Assembly: GCA_010405405.1 (NCBI GenBank)
Contig: MU004230.1
Location: 1,026,627-1,090,626, forward strand
Length of the DNA stretch: 64,000 nucleotides
From: Microthyrium microscopicum
Lineage: Eukaryota
Reading direction: 5' to 3'
Shown here piece after piece: positions 11,752 through 23,300 of this stretch (position 1 is its first letter; each line of letters starts with the position of its first letter). The translations under genes were made by a program, and so were the position numbers. The notes under the pieces are model-generated. The model was not told the origin of the DNA. It made no database searches and saw only the letters and a list, made by a program, of their open reading frames with translations.

Positions 11752-12387
11752 GCGTCAGAAGAATATGATGTTCATGCATGAGTGAAAGCAGTCCGAAGTA
11801 TACATGACTTATGAATTGCATGTAATCATTGGTTACGTCTGGCGCTGGAAGGTTGCTCAACATGAGCCAATTGTTTGCGATATAGATAATCCCATACCGA
11901 TTCTTCCTTCCAACCTTGCTATGTCTCGTTTGATGACTAATAAAATAGAACACTAATGGCCAATGTACGCATTTATCATTTCAATGTCTGGAGACACTCC
12001 CATCGCCCTGGAGAGAATGAAAACTCGATCCAGAGGGTGAGGCTGAAAACGCTTATTAGAGAGTAGTCAACATACGAGATATTGAATTTCAAAACAGACA
12101 GCCTTAGGACATAACCTTTTTCTGTGAAACTTTTCTTATGGGCCCCGAATTGACTGACCTAGTGGCCATGGTTCAAGTGGACAATAGTTCTGCTCATTCA
12201 TATCAATCCCCGATTTCGATTGGCCCATTGACATGCAATCCCAAAATCGAGTTGTCAAATTCACCAGTGGCCCAACTTGCCTTAACGTCCACCATAGAAT
12301 TCCGTAATCTGCGGGTAGCAGTCAACACCATGCACATAGAGTATCTGTAAGCTCTCGTGGTGGGGCCGATTCAGAAAATACAACAAA

Positions 12388-13055
12388 ATGTATTGTGATA
12401 TACGCATCTCCGCTTTCAAGACGTGGCCTAGAAGCAATTACACCAAGACTCCGCATCATGATAGTTTCCGAAGTCTTCGCGATTCTGTGCAGCTTGGCTG
12501 CCCTGCTTGCAAGAAGCTCCTTCAAATGCTGCCGGACGGAAACTGCATCGAGATTTGGGGTGGAGTGGCTCCTTGCACGGAATGCCATCAAGAAAATATG
12601 GCTTCAATGATGATCTCAAGGTGCATGTGTTTTTCTCTCCTAAATGGCTTTCAAATATCCTCTCAGGAAACAAGCCGCGGTCCAGCCTTGGGAAAGCAAA
12701 CAAGCATCCGCACTTGTGCATACCAAGTGTTGCGTCTTGGAACCCGTCAGATCCTTTTGCAACATCAAGCCACTGTTGGGGTTCAGACTCTAATCAAGTT
12801 GCAAGACTCGAGGCGGTCAATCTTCAGACGTTAATAGAGAAGATCGACACTTCAGGCTTACCGCAAACCTTCAAGAATGCTATTGATATCACGAGACTAT
12901 TTGGGCTAAGGTCTCTTTGGACCGATAGCCTCTGTATCATTGCCTCAACTCCTTCTACTGGGCAATTCGTTCGCATATGTAAATTGGACTTCACAGATCA
13001 CAGAGTGGAGGAAATACTTGCCTTCTTTGAAGATAGGATCATCGTTATTAGTTAG
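12388..13055 (+). pseudogene. Degenerate HET (heterokaryon incompatibility) domain gene
   Basis: N-terminal HHDSFRSLRDSVQLGCPAC is in one frame. The HET core (ATSSHCWG...LPQTFKNAIDITRLFGLRSLWTDSLCII; consensus-like LSHCWG and YLWIDSLCIIQD) is in another frame and breaks off after SLCII. Confidence 0.7.
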
Positions 13056-13950
13056 GACTTTGAGCATCAAGTCAAGGCTGTTTTAAACCTGATGTGAATA
13101 ACTTATCCAAGTTCTTCGGACCGCTAAGGCTGCAGTATAATGAGTCAAAATGAGGCAGAGGATAGCAAGACATTGGCTTCTTGTTGGTCAGAAGCTTCGA
13201 GTTACCATTGCTAGATGGTATAACTCATAAAGGAGCAGACACCTGAATGTTATGAGGCGATGATGGGAGACAGCTGTGGCGTCTATTGAAACCGCCATAT
13301 GACAGGAGATGTACATTAGCAGCCTGCAGCTGTGTGTCTTTGGAATTATTCTTAATTTAGCCTAGTCTCAAAAGACTGGTATATCTTTGTGCAGAATCAA
13401 GTGTTTATGAGCAGTTTGGCAGTAACCAATAAAAAGCCATCAGGCTGAACGCAAGGCTGACATTCCAACATAAACAACAGAGCCAACACTCAACGAGCCA
13501 TAACATCAATTGTTTCGCGGCGAGCACCTTCTACCATTTATATTTGCCCATAAAAAGTACAGATGGAAATTGCAAAAAGTTCACCACACATCTGAGATGT
13601 GTGGCTATGAAAATCAGTCGACTGATTTTACTATGCAAACGGGGCTCGAACCTGAAGGTTGTCATTGCCACAAATTTATTCGTTAGACTTGAGCGGGAGT
13701 TGTCTCTTAATTACGCATCGGGTTAGGACTATCTGACTCGTTCGAGATTAGACATCAGATAAATAACCGTCAATTGCCACCCTTATGTTGGACCTAAATG
13801 TTAGTAGATATTCCAAAATTGCCATGTTTTTAGATATATACTGCAATTGACTGGAACAAAGTGCCTGCACCCACGTATATCTCATCTCACTATCGCCAAT
13901 CACCTCAGGAATAATAGGAGAATTGGTCTGACTTGGGGCTTATTCCTCGC

Positions 13951-14000
13951 GTAAACATTTCGGATACATGTTTACCCCTCGGAGACATATTCGGAGACAT
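13951..14000. promoter_or_regulatory. Inverted GTAAACAT pair plus three TCGGA(T/G)ACAT direct repeats upstream of the methyltransferase
   Basis: GTAAACAT at 13951-13958 and ATGTTTAC at 13968-13975; TCGGATACAT at 13960, TCGGAGACAT at 13979 and 13991. Confidence 0.45.
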
Positions 14001-14205
14001 TCCTTGGGAGATTCCAAATCAATTGCTTATTCTACATTCAAGCCTTCTAGGCTTTGTAATGCCTCGTATTTTAGTGATATAGAGCTTAAAGCGCGTACAA
14101 TTACAAGAGTAAGATTTTTTCTACTTTCTATCAACCACTTGCTTCGGGCAACCTGTTCTTCTTCTCCACAAAGCCTAGAATATCTTACTTTATACGCTCT
14201 TAATC

Positions 14206-15072
14206 ATGAATAGCCCCGAAAGCCAGAACACCTTCAAGCCCAAGCAGGCGCTAGCACCATCACCAACGCTCTACGATGAGCTTGTTGGCAATGGTATGGA
14301 GGAGCTGGCAAAGGCGACGATTGCAGAGATTGCTGCCATTCCTCGAGACGCGATAGTGCACGACAATGGCTGCGGCACCGGCGCAGCCAGCGCAGCCGTC
14401 GTGGCAGCAGTCGCAGATCCAACGGCGCCTCTCAAGATCACAGGCACCGACATCAATGACGATGCGCTCGACATCTATCGTAAACGGGCTTCCGAAGAGC
14501 GATGGCCTGCATCAGCCCAGCATGTTGATGCGGCCAGACTGACCTTTGACAACGAGACTTTTACCCATTCCATCAACAATGCTTTGCTATTCGTACTACC
14601 GAATGACGGTATCGATGCCGTAAAGGAGGTACATCGTACACTCAAGCCTGGCGGCGTCGCGCTCTTCAACACTTGGGTTTTCACCCCCAGCCTAGGCCCT
14701 GTCCAAATTGCCTCGAAAGCTACTCGCCCACCTGGCACGCCAGAATTGCGTCAAGGATTGGACAAGTGGTCAAGAGCCGAGTTTCTAAGGACTGTGTTAG
14801 AGCAAGGCGGCTTCTTGAAAGACAATGTGGACATAGTGGAGCGAGATGTGTACATTACAACACCGTCGGCGCTCAAGCGACTGGCAACCATCGTCTGGAG
14901 TTTTATTGGCGGGACTTCGAGCGTTGGGTGGCTCAAAGAGGACGAGGAAAGCTGGGAGAGAGCGGTAGGTATCGTGATGGAGGAACTCAAGAAGACGCCA
15001 GGTTTCCAAGAGACGCACGATGGTAGGTGTGTTCTAAAGTTTGTGGTGAATATTGTCACTGCAAAGAAGTAG
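14206..15072 (+). CDS. Class I SAM-dependent methyltransferase, intronless
   Basis: Motif I VHDNGCGTG, motif II ITGTDI, and VHRTLKPGGVA. Confidence 0.9.
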   Translation: MNSPESQNTFKPKQALAPSPTLYDELVGNGMEELAKATIAEIAAIPRDAIVHDNGCGTGAASAAVVAAVADPTAPLKITGTDINDDALDIYRKRASEERWPASAQHVDAARLTFDNETFTHSINNALLFVLPNDGIDAVKEVHRTLKPGGVALFNTWVFTPSLGPVQIASKATRPPGTPELRQGLDKWSRAEFLRTVLEQGGFLKDNVDIVERDVYITTPSALKRLATIVWSFIGGTSSVGWLKEDEESWERAVGIVMEELKKTPGFQETHDGRCVLKFVVNIVTAKK

Positions 15073-15552
15073 ACACTGGGAAATTCGCTGAGATTGTGAC
15101 CTTTGATTCAATCTGCTAAAACATTCCCCTAAACACAGTTTAGTTGAGAATAGAAAGAGTTACCACAGGCCACTATCTTCACAAAGGACTCAAGAAGTTG
15201 AACTGCAGCCACAAACTCATGCCGCCTTTTTCCGCGCGGGAGCATAACCGCTGGGACTTCTCCCTTTATGTGCCTGTTCATACCTGTGCCAGCATTTACG
15301 GTTGTGCGCTGTCTCGGTCGGTGGCAGTTTGTCTGTATTTCAGTCTGGAAGACGACCATGTCTTTACACTCACTGTCAGTGGCTTCCATCGATCCATCAT
15401 ATTCAATCGAACGTTCCAGTATGCGTGTATCTGTCGCAATTAATGATCAAACATGTACTCCTCACGTATGATTGAGAGCCTCCAGAAAAGTCACCAGATA
15501 AACGTTGTTAGATTTTGTCTCTCTTATCATTATTTAGTCGGGGATCTTTGCT

Positions 15553-17076
15553 CTACAAATTTCTTGTATAATTCAGCTTTCCAAATCCTGATTGCGGCAG
15601 TATATCAACAGCCTCCCATATTCTCAAAAAGCTATCGACTTGACGCTTTGCCGCAGGTATGTCCATCAGTTGTGTTTGATTGAAGTCCTCCGGCCATATC
15701 TTAAGCAGCCAGCTTGGAGCCGTGACCAGCGATATTTCCGGTATTTGGCTCCATAGAAATGGCAGTCCCTCTCCACCTTGCTCGGCCGTCGTCTTGAGCG
15801 GGTTCGTCGCTCGTATTGTATCTGGGGTTGCTCCACGCCAATTGGATTGGAATAGTGATGCGAGCTCTTCGGTAGCGGCGTAGATTACCTCTGGATCAAG
15901 TCGACCGGTTGGGTAGTAGAGATCATTAGCGACATCTTCTTTCCACTGGACAGCACCCAAGTGTTCAACACAGGATCCGAACAGTGCTTTATATCCATTG
16001 CCGTTCGTCCCGTTCCAGAGATCTTGATGGTCGCTGAGCCAGCGCGCCATGACTCGGCCTTTGTCGGTGAATCCCGATGTGTGTAAATGCCCAGTTAGGA
16101 ATACAAGTATGGTAGTGCGCTTTGGTGGAGATGCTTTCAGTTCTCTTGCCTTCGCCAAAAGCGCCAGATGACCATTCTCTTCCACAACGTTGCTACCATC
16201 CGTATGAGTGCTGATGATGACTGACTCATTCTTCCGCTCCGTGCCTTCTACGATAGTCCATAATGTTCGCGTTGTCCCATTAGGGAAAAGCTGTCCAGTA
16301 GACGTCAGCGTTACCGTTGAGCCCTGGTTTGCTGCTGCGACTATCTGCTGTGAGACCGATCCTGCTACCTGGACCGCTGGTATGCCTTGGTAGTTGATCT
16401 TGAAAGGGCCATATTGACCATAAGCATTGGCCAAAGTCAAGTTCTGCCAAGCGTAGATAACTCCCTTGACTCCCAGCCTCGCCGCATCAGTCAGATTGTG
16501 GACATAAATGTTGGCAGCCGATGCCGGTACTCCAGGAAGAGTTCCCCAGGCGGGTGAACCGGGCCAGACGGCGAGGTTCTTTGCTCCATCGGTGCCTGGG
16601 TTTGTAATGTTGAGTACGGCGATGCTGCCATTTGCGCGCGACCAATCTGGCGAGCTTAAGGCTGGGTTTATGACATTCACCAGTGTGCCTGTAACTCCTA
16701 CGGCATCAGTGTTGCCGGAGTATGGAATATAGAAAGATGCCGGGATAGTCTGTCCATTCAATTGGATCTGAGGTGGGCTTTGAGGTGCCTGGTTGTATGC
16801 AAATTGAAAGACATCAGAATTGACTTGCAAGCCCAAAGACTGCAGTTGTGACTCGAGATGATTGACGAAGGTGGTATGATTTGGAGAGCCAGTGAGGCGA
16901 CTTTGTAGTTGAGCAAGAAGATCAACTTGAGGATGGTACCAGTCGAGGCTTGGGTAATCAGGTTCACAAACGGTCGTTGTGGCAAGGAATCCAAACAATA
17001 TAAAGCTGCAGAACTGTGAGAGGGCTCTATGCGAACCGCATGTCGTGCTTGATTGAGTTCGCATCATGGTTGGCAT
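15553..17076 (-). CDS. Secreted PA-domain / M28 zinc-peptidase-like protein, intronless
   Basis: Hydrophobic N-terminal segment (FCSFILFGFLATTTVC); RLTGSPNH; PA-like AARLGVKGVI..GIPAVQV; candidate metal ligands in IISTHTDGSNVVEENG, TGHL and VEHLGA. The start Met is uncertain. Confidence 0.7.
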   Translation of the reverse strand: MPTMMRTQSSTTCGSHRALSQFCSFILFGFLATTTVCEPDYPSLDWYHPQVDLLAQLQSRLTGSPNHTTFVNHLESQLQSLGLQVNSDVFQFAYNQAPQSPPQIQLNGQTIPASFYIPYSGNTDAVGVTGTLVNVINPALSSPDWSRANGSIAVLNITNPGTDGAKNLAVWPGSPAWGTLPGVPASAANIYVHNLTDAARLGVKGVIYAWQNLTLANAYGQYGPFKINYQGIPAVQVAGSVSQQIVAAANQGSTVTLTSTGQLFPNGTTRTLWTIVEGTERKNESVIISTHTDGSNVVEENGHLALLAKARELKASPPKRTTILVFLTGHLHTSGFTDKGRVMARWLSDHQDLWNGTNGNGYKALFGSCVEHLGAVQWKEDVANDLYYPTGRLDPEVIYAATEELASLFQSNWRGATPDTIRATNPLKTTAEQGGEGLPFLWSQIPEISLVTAPSWLLKIWPEDFNQTQLMDIPAAKRQVDSFLRIWEAVDILPQSGFGKLNYTRNL

Positions 17077-18192
17077 TAACGGAATAGCAACCCAGATTCC
17101 TGGAATCTGGTAGGTTTCATTTCATTCTTAAAGAACAGCTTATAGAGAAATCTAATTGATTTCTGACTCCAACTCCGCTCGTGATTGCGAGCATGTATGA
17201 TCTCATTTTAGCAATAAGGCTATTACCTAAAGACCTCGGATAATTCGATTTCTGGGGTACTCACAACCACCAGAGAAAATCGCTACTAGGGAATCAGGTA
17301 TCCGATTTTCTCGCTTGACTCGACGCAATTCAAAGAAGCAGGTGAAATGAAAGTTGTAAGTGGCGAGGGAAAGACTTTCGCAGACAAGGACCCGATCATG
17401 CATGATCCATTGCCTTGAGGTGAAAGCTTATTTAAATGACAAGAATTTTAGCCAACTTTTTCCTGTCTAAGCTGAAGTATATAATTTAGAAGTCTTGGAA
17501 TGGTAGAAAGGGCCCGTTGTTATTTGATATTGTCTTGGAACTAGACGAGAAAAAAGGTATCGCCATATGCCTGCCACGCTTTTTGGGTTCATGAATCTCA
17601 CCACAAAAAATGACTTTCCAGGATGTTGTTCGAACCAATGGCCTTTCTTGCCGTTGCGTTGTTGATGGCAAGGACTAAAATCTGACATGCATCAAATATG
17701 CATCCTATCAAGGAAGCTTTGATTGATGATCACCCAACGCACGCACATCTCCAAAGCTCTGGATCTCTTCCTTTGCTCTCCAAATTTAGCCACCTGCTCT
17801 ACTAAGCTCCAAATACGCCTATACGTATACGAGCGCTTTAGATTTCGGTATTTGTTGTGGTACAATGTTCCACCAGATGATCTTGTGGCAGAGCCGCAGA
17901 GACACTGACGAGCAGCCCTTTCTTACTGGAGATCAGTCATGATGAGAGGACCTTTACTAACCATTCAGTTGCTGCAAGGCTGATTTAATGCTTACGTCCA
18001 GAGCTTGAAGCATACTTTGAGTGATCAGGATTTGGGTTGACCAGCCAAGAACCGTTAATTAGCCAAGAATGATGTACCCGGATGTGAGATGTTTGCTATG
18101 AGTTTAAAGTTCATAGAGGACAAGGGACGTACAAAATGGAAGCGGCCTGCAGGTAGGTAAGTTGAGGCTGAAGTCAACTTTCTTGAGCAAAA

Positions 18193-20086
18193 ATGAGGCT
18201 CTTGTCTTTTCTGGCTGTTCTACCACTGGTATTGGCGGCTCCTCAGATACACAATGCTTCGTTTACTCCTGACCATGTCCTTCGAGTGACTGCCCAAAAC
18301 ATCTCTGTCAATTGCGAATCGAGATATTCTGTGATAATTAATGGAACGGCTCCAGCACCACAGTTGACCTTGAAGCAAGGAGAGCCAGTTTGGATAAGAG
18401 TCTACAACGATATCGTCGACCAAAATGTCACCGTCCATTGGCATGGCTTGTCCCAAAGAGCCGCACCCTTTAGCGACGGCACACCGCAAGTCTCCCAGTG
18501 GCCTATCCCTCCAGCGCACTACTTCGACTATGAGTTGTTCCCAGATGCCGCTGGAACATACTTCTACCACTCACATGTTGGCTTCCAGGCCATCTCAGCC
18601 TACGGTCCCCTGATTGTTCAGCCATGCGGCAAGCCAGCCCACAAGTACGACGAGGACATTGTCTTCGCACTCGGAGACTATTACAACAAAACAGATGCTC
18701 AAGTCGAGAAAGGTCTCCTAGCCAACCCATTCGTATGGTCTGGCGAAACCGTCGCACTGCTTGTCAACGGCCAAAGCGGCACTTCCCTCACCAAAGGCTA
18801 CAACTCTACCTGCGCACCGCACGTACTCAAGGTCAAACCAGACACCAAATACCGCATTCGCTTCATCGGCAACACTGCCATCTCGCTCATCACCCTGGGC
18901 GTTGAAGACCACGCCAACCTCACCATAATCGAAGCCGACGGCGCAGACACAAAGCCATACGACGTCTCCCACCTGCAAGTCGCATCAGGCCAGCGATTCA
19001 GCATAATCCTACACACCAAGACCGCCGCAGAGCTTGCTAGTACCAACAAAACCAACTTCTGGATCCGTCTCGAGAACCGCGAACGTCCCGCAAACGTCTC
19101 CGCTTACGCGCTGCTCCAATACGACATCCCCTCAGCCTCAGCGTTGCCAAGCACTTTGCCCACCACACCACCAGTCACACTCCCACAGATCGTGTACAAC
19201 TGGCTCGAATATGCGCTCTCACCACTAGATCCAGCAGCAGATCCAATGCCCACAAAGGCAGACCGTACAGTGACGATAACAACACATCAGTATGGCACGC
19301 AGAACGCGACTACCGGCGCGTTTACATCCACGCTCGAATGGGGCCAGAACGACAATATCTGGCAAGAAGAACGCGTGCCAGTGCCATATCTAGTCGACGT
19401 ATATAAACGTGGCGAAGCAGCTGTGCCAGACTATGATGTAGCGATCAAGCACGGCGGATGGGATCCAAAGAATCTTGCGTATGCGGCGCGAGTAGGTGAA
19501 GTGTTGGATATCATCTGGGAGAGCAATAATGCGCCGACTGGTGGATGGGATGTAAGTAGTAATTTAGACAATCAGGAGAGGGTGTGAGCTAACATTGAGC
19601 AACAGATCCACCCGTTCCACGCGCATGGAGTACATTACTGGGACCTAGGATCCGGTAACGGGACGTACAATGCGACGGCAAACGAGGAGAAGCTCAAAGG
19701 CTATGATCCCATGAAGCGCGATACCACGATGCTATACCGATATGCTGCCAGTGGAGTGAAGAATACAACGGCGGGCTGGCGAGCGTGGCGGATTAAAGTT
19801 GACGAGGCGGGTGCGTTCATGCTGCATTGCCATATTCTACAGCATCTTATCATGGGTATGTTGAAAACTGCTTGAGTTCTTTGACGTGGAACGTGAAACT
19901 GATTGTTCATAAGGGATGTCGACCGCCTGGGTAGCAGGGAATTACACCGATTTGCAAAAAATATGGCCAGAACCACCATATATCACTGGATATTTGGATT
20001 ATGGAGGCTCGGCGTACGGAAATGAGACATACGATCCGATTGTAAATCACTACTATCCCGCGTCGTCAGAAACCTGCCGGCCATAA
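18193..20086 (+). CDS. Secreted multicopper oxidase, fungal L-ascorbate-oxidase-like
   Basis: Exons 18193-19551, 19606-19855, 19914-20086. Signal peptide; Cu motifs HWHG, YHSH, HPFHAHG and HCHILQHLIMGM (axial Met). Confidence 0.92.
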
Positions 20087-20369
20087 TGTTGGAAGTTACA
20101 TACCTTAATGAACAGCTTCGCAGGAAGCAAAGCACTAATATCACATAGACCGGAGCGAAATAACATGAACGAAATACATACGCTATGGTACATAGTGGAC
20201 TATATCTAAGCACTACGACATCACCTCATGCTGAACACTGCGTCCTTCTAAGTCGTTAGAGTCCTGACACGGACTGAGCAACGTAATGACGGAATCGCAC
20301 GGTATGCAGGACTCAACGAGTGAATTGGTCATCTCATGCAGCTGTGGGGAGTATACAAGGGAGAATGAC

Positions 20370-23300
20370 CTAAGCAAAATAGCTCTTCCATAAGACACCT
20401 TCCAGGTCTTCAAGTTGTTCTGGTTCGAACGCCTGTGAGTGGTTAGTAAAAGCCAATAAGTAGAATATCGGAGGAAACGTACCTTGACATCGACATGCCA
20501 TGTATCCTGTCTCAATTTCTTGAAGTCCGCAAGAATTGTCTTTGCGCCCTTGCCGACAACTCCAGGATCACCAGCAGCCTTCACTGCGAGAGTGGCCAGA
20601 GTTTCTGGAAGCCAATCTGGTGGAGGGCTGGTATATGGGAAGGCTTGGATCAAGGCACCCAATCCTAGAACAGCTGAATGACGAACCAGAGATATGCGAG
20701 TTTGCTCTGTGTTTGGGGTGCTTGAACGCTCCGAGAAGTCCTTTCGCTTGAGCACAGGATTTTTGCGAAGGAGGTCAGTCAGTTCACTCTTGAGCTCTAG
20801 GATCTTCTTGTCACGTAGATCAATAGGAGAGCATTTGATCATACCCGAGAGCGTGGTGCCGGCTCCAAGTCGGACTTCAAGTTGTGGGTCACTGAGCATG
20901 CGTGATACGCAGTCAAACAGCTCGAGTTGTTGTTCTCGGGAGAGTAAGAACATGCGACGATGGTAGACAACTTGAATGTTGATAAGGACGCGCATACGTT
21001 GATGCCATGAAGTCGAGGTTCGTCCAATGCGAATCAGCGTCTTGATAAATTCCTTGTCCTCGCCAGCGCGTTGGGGCACATTAGGCACCTGCTTGAAGAC
21101 ATGGTATGCTAACCCTTGTAGCTCTGGATCTTCCTTGATGTCCATCATGTGTAGAAGCTGTTCAGTGAGCATACCTGGGAAGAATTTGATGAGCTGCACA
21201 CACTCGTATGAGCAAAGCTGAGCCTCTAACCATATTAGAATGGTCTTGGAACCTTGTGTGTACGACGAAGGTGTTTGTTGACCTGGAGTTCGTTCTTTGC
21301 GCCATACTTCGAGCTGATTCAGCAGGCGTTCCATCATATTGGTGTAATCTTCTGTTGGCTGATATGGTCGGGTACCAATGGACGAAGCCTCACGCTGGGC
21401 CTTCATCAAAGTTTCAATATCCGGATAAGACTCATGATGTCTAGTCCGGAATATGTATGCAAGACATACACCCATTGCTTCTCTGACACCTTTGTATGGG
21501 TGATCAATATGCGCAAGGAAGTCATCAACAATTTCCTTGTCAAGTTGGAAATGCCATCCACCTTCAACAATTGCTTGATTGAGCAAATGAATCTTGGAAC
21601 TTTCTTTGAAGGCTGCATTTGAGCCGACATCGAGTCTAAAGCTTGAAAGCCAGTCTATCAGAGGCCAGACACGACGAGGATCTCGGTTTTGCAGCAAATA
21701 GTGAACAAAAGAATTCCAATAACCCGAGTTTTCCGGCGTGAGTCCATCTTTGAAAATGCCAAGGACAATTGGCATGGCAAACTTCCAAATCGAATCTCTT
21801 ATGTCTGGGCTTCGTTCATATGCTGTATTAAGGAGACCAGCCAGGATTTCAGAAGTAGCGCGATGCTGATGTTTGTCGCTTCCATCATCAAAAACTTCTT
21901 TGGTGAGTTCTTTGATATCATCGAAGGTGATTTCGGTGACGTTGTCGAAGGCGAGATCGAAGATACACGAGAGCATCATACTATTGCCCATCCGAAATCT
22001 GTCGGCCGTTGAGTCTCTAGGCTCTTGCTTCAAGTAATCAAAGAGGCTCTTCATCCACTTGCGGTCGATGTGGGAGCCAATTTGGGAGCGAATGGCAGAC
22101 TCTGCGTTATCATATTGTATGCGAGGAGCATTAGGAGTGAATGCTGTCAAAGTCTTCTTCCACACTAGCCAGCCTTGGAAATCAGTGTCGACATAGTATT
22201 TAGCCTCTGGTTTAGAGAATGATTCAAGGAATTTGTCGGTCCATTGTGGGTCCTCATTGGCATTGACTGGTATGATAACCTTGTCGGGCCATTGTTCGTC
22301 CAGTAGGAGGAATCGCTTATAGTCGTGATCGCATGTAGCTCTTGCATCCATCATAGAGAACAAGCCTACAAGACTGCCTTGATAAAGAACTCGCAATTGT
22401 GGATGTGGATCCACAGAACCTCGAGTTACGAGATCTGTAAGTTCAGTAGAGGCGATTCGATCAAACCGGTAGCCAATATTCACGAGTAAGGTTGCAGCAC
22501 GAGTAGCTTTCTTCCAATGAGAGTTTCTAGCGATGAGCACAAGCTCTTCTGATAGCTTGAACTTGGCGCTTTCAACCTTATTGCGGCGAATTTGAATACT
22601 TTTTGACTTTGATACAATGGATTCCTTCACAGCTGGCAAAGTTGCTTGATCCAGGTATGTGACCAGACTTTTCGACAGTTCCTCGTCAAGAATAACCATT
22701 CTCTCCAGGGGTCGACCCATGTCCATTACAGACCAGGTAGCATTGCTTGCAAGCTTTTGGATGGATGGTTTGTCCACAGTGGTAATCTCGATAAAGGCCT
22801 TGATGAGTCGTGGAGCAAATCTCCAGTCACGATGAATGGTTTTTGCAAGGCTACCGAAAAGTAACGAGAACATACCACCTTTGATGCGTGGGTAGTCATG
22901 TGCTGGGATAGCTTCCTCAAGGGTTTTCAATAGTGGAGGAATGATAAGCGGTCGAGCTCCAGTGACAGTTTTGACGGCATATTCGGAAGCACCTTGGGCT
23001 GTGCGTCTAATCTCAGTGTATGCAGATACACTTGAATGTGCCAGATCTAGCAAGAGTCGCTTTTCCAATTCTGACAATGGCCGAGGTGTAGAACAGTATC
23101 GAAGACGTTGCAAGTGATAGAGATTTGCCCGACGAACCAGAATTGGGCGAGGATAGTCCTTTCGTAGCCCACTGAACTTGTAAGGGTGCGCGTCGGCCCT
23201 CAAAAGTCTTGAAACTCTATCAAGAATGTGAGCGGATCTCTCGATACCAAGGTCAACAAACCAGGAGCGGTATGCCGTGTATAAAGAGTTGAAACATTGC

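Noticed and set aside
13630..13720. tRNA T-loop-like GGTTCGAGCC on the minus strand
   Set aside because: The T-stem pairs poorly and no D-arm or anticodon arm can be built.
20213..20482. ORF-track read-through C-terminus of Blm10 (VRFLRYSTYW...)
   Set aside because: A canonical 50-nt intron (20482-20433) gives the expected ...KSYFA* end; the read-through sequence has no protein-like signal.
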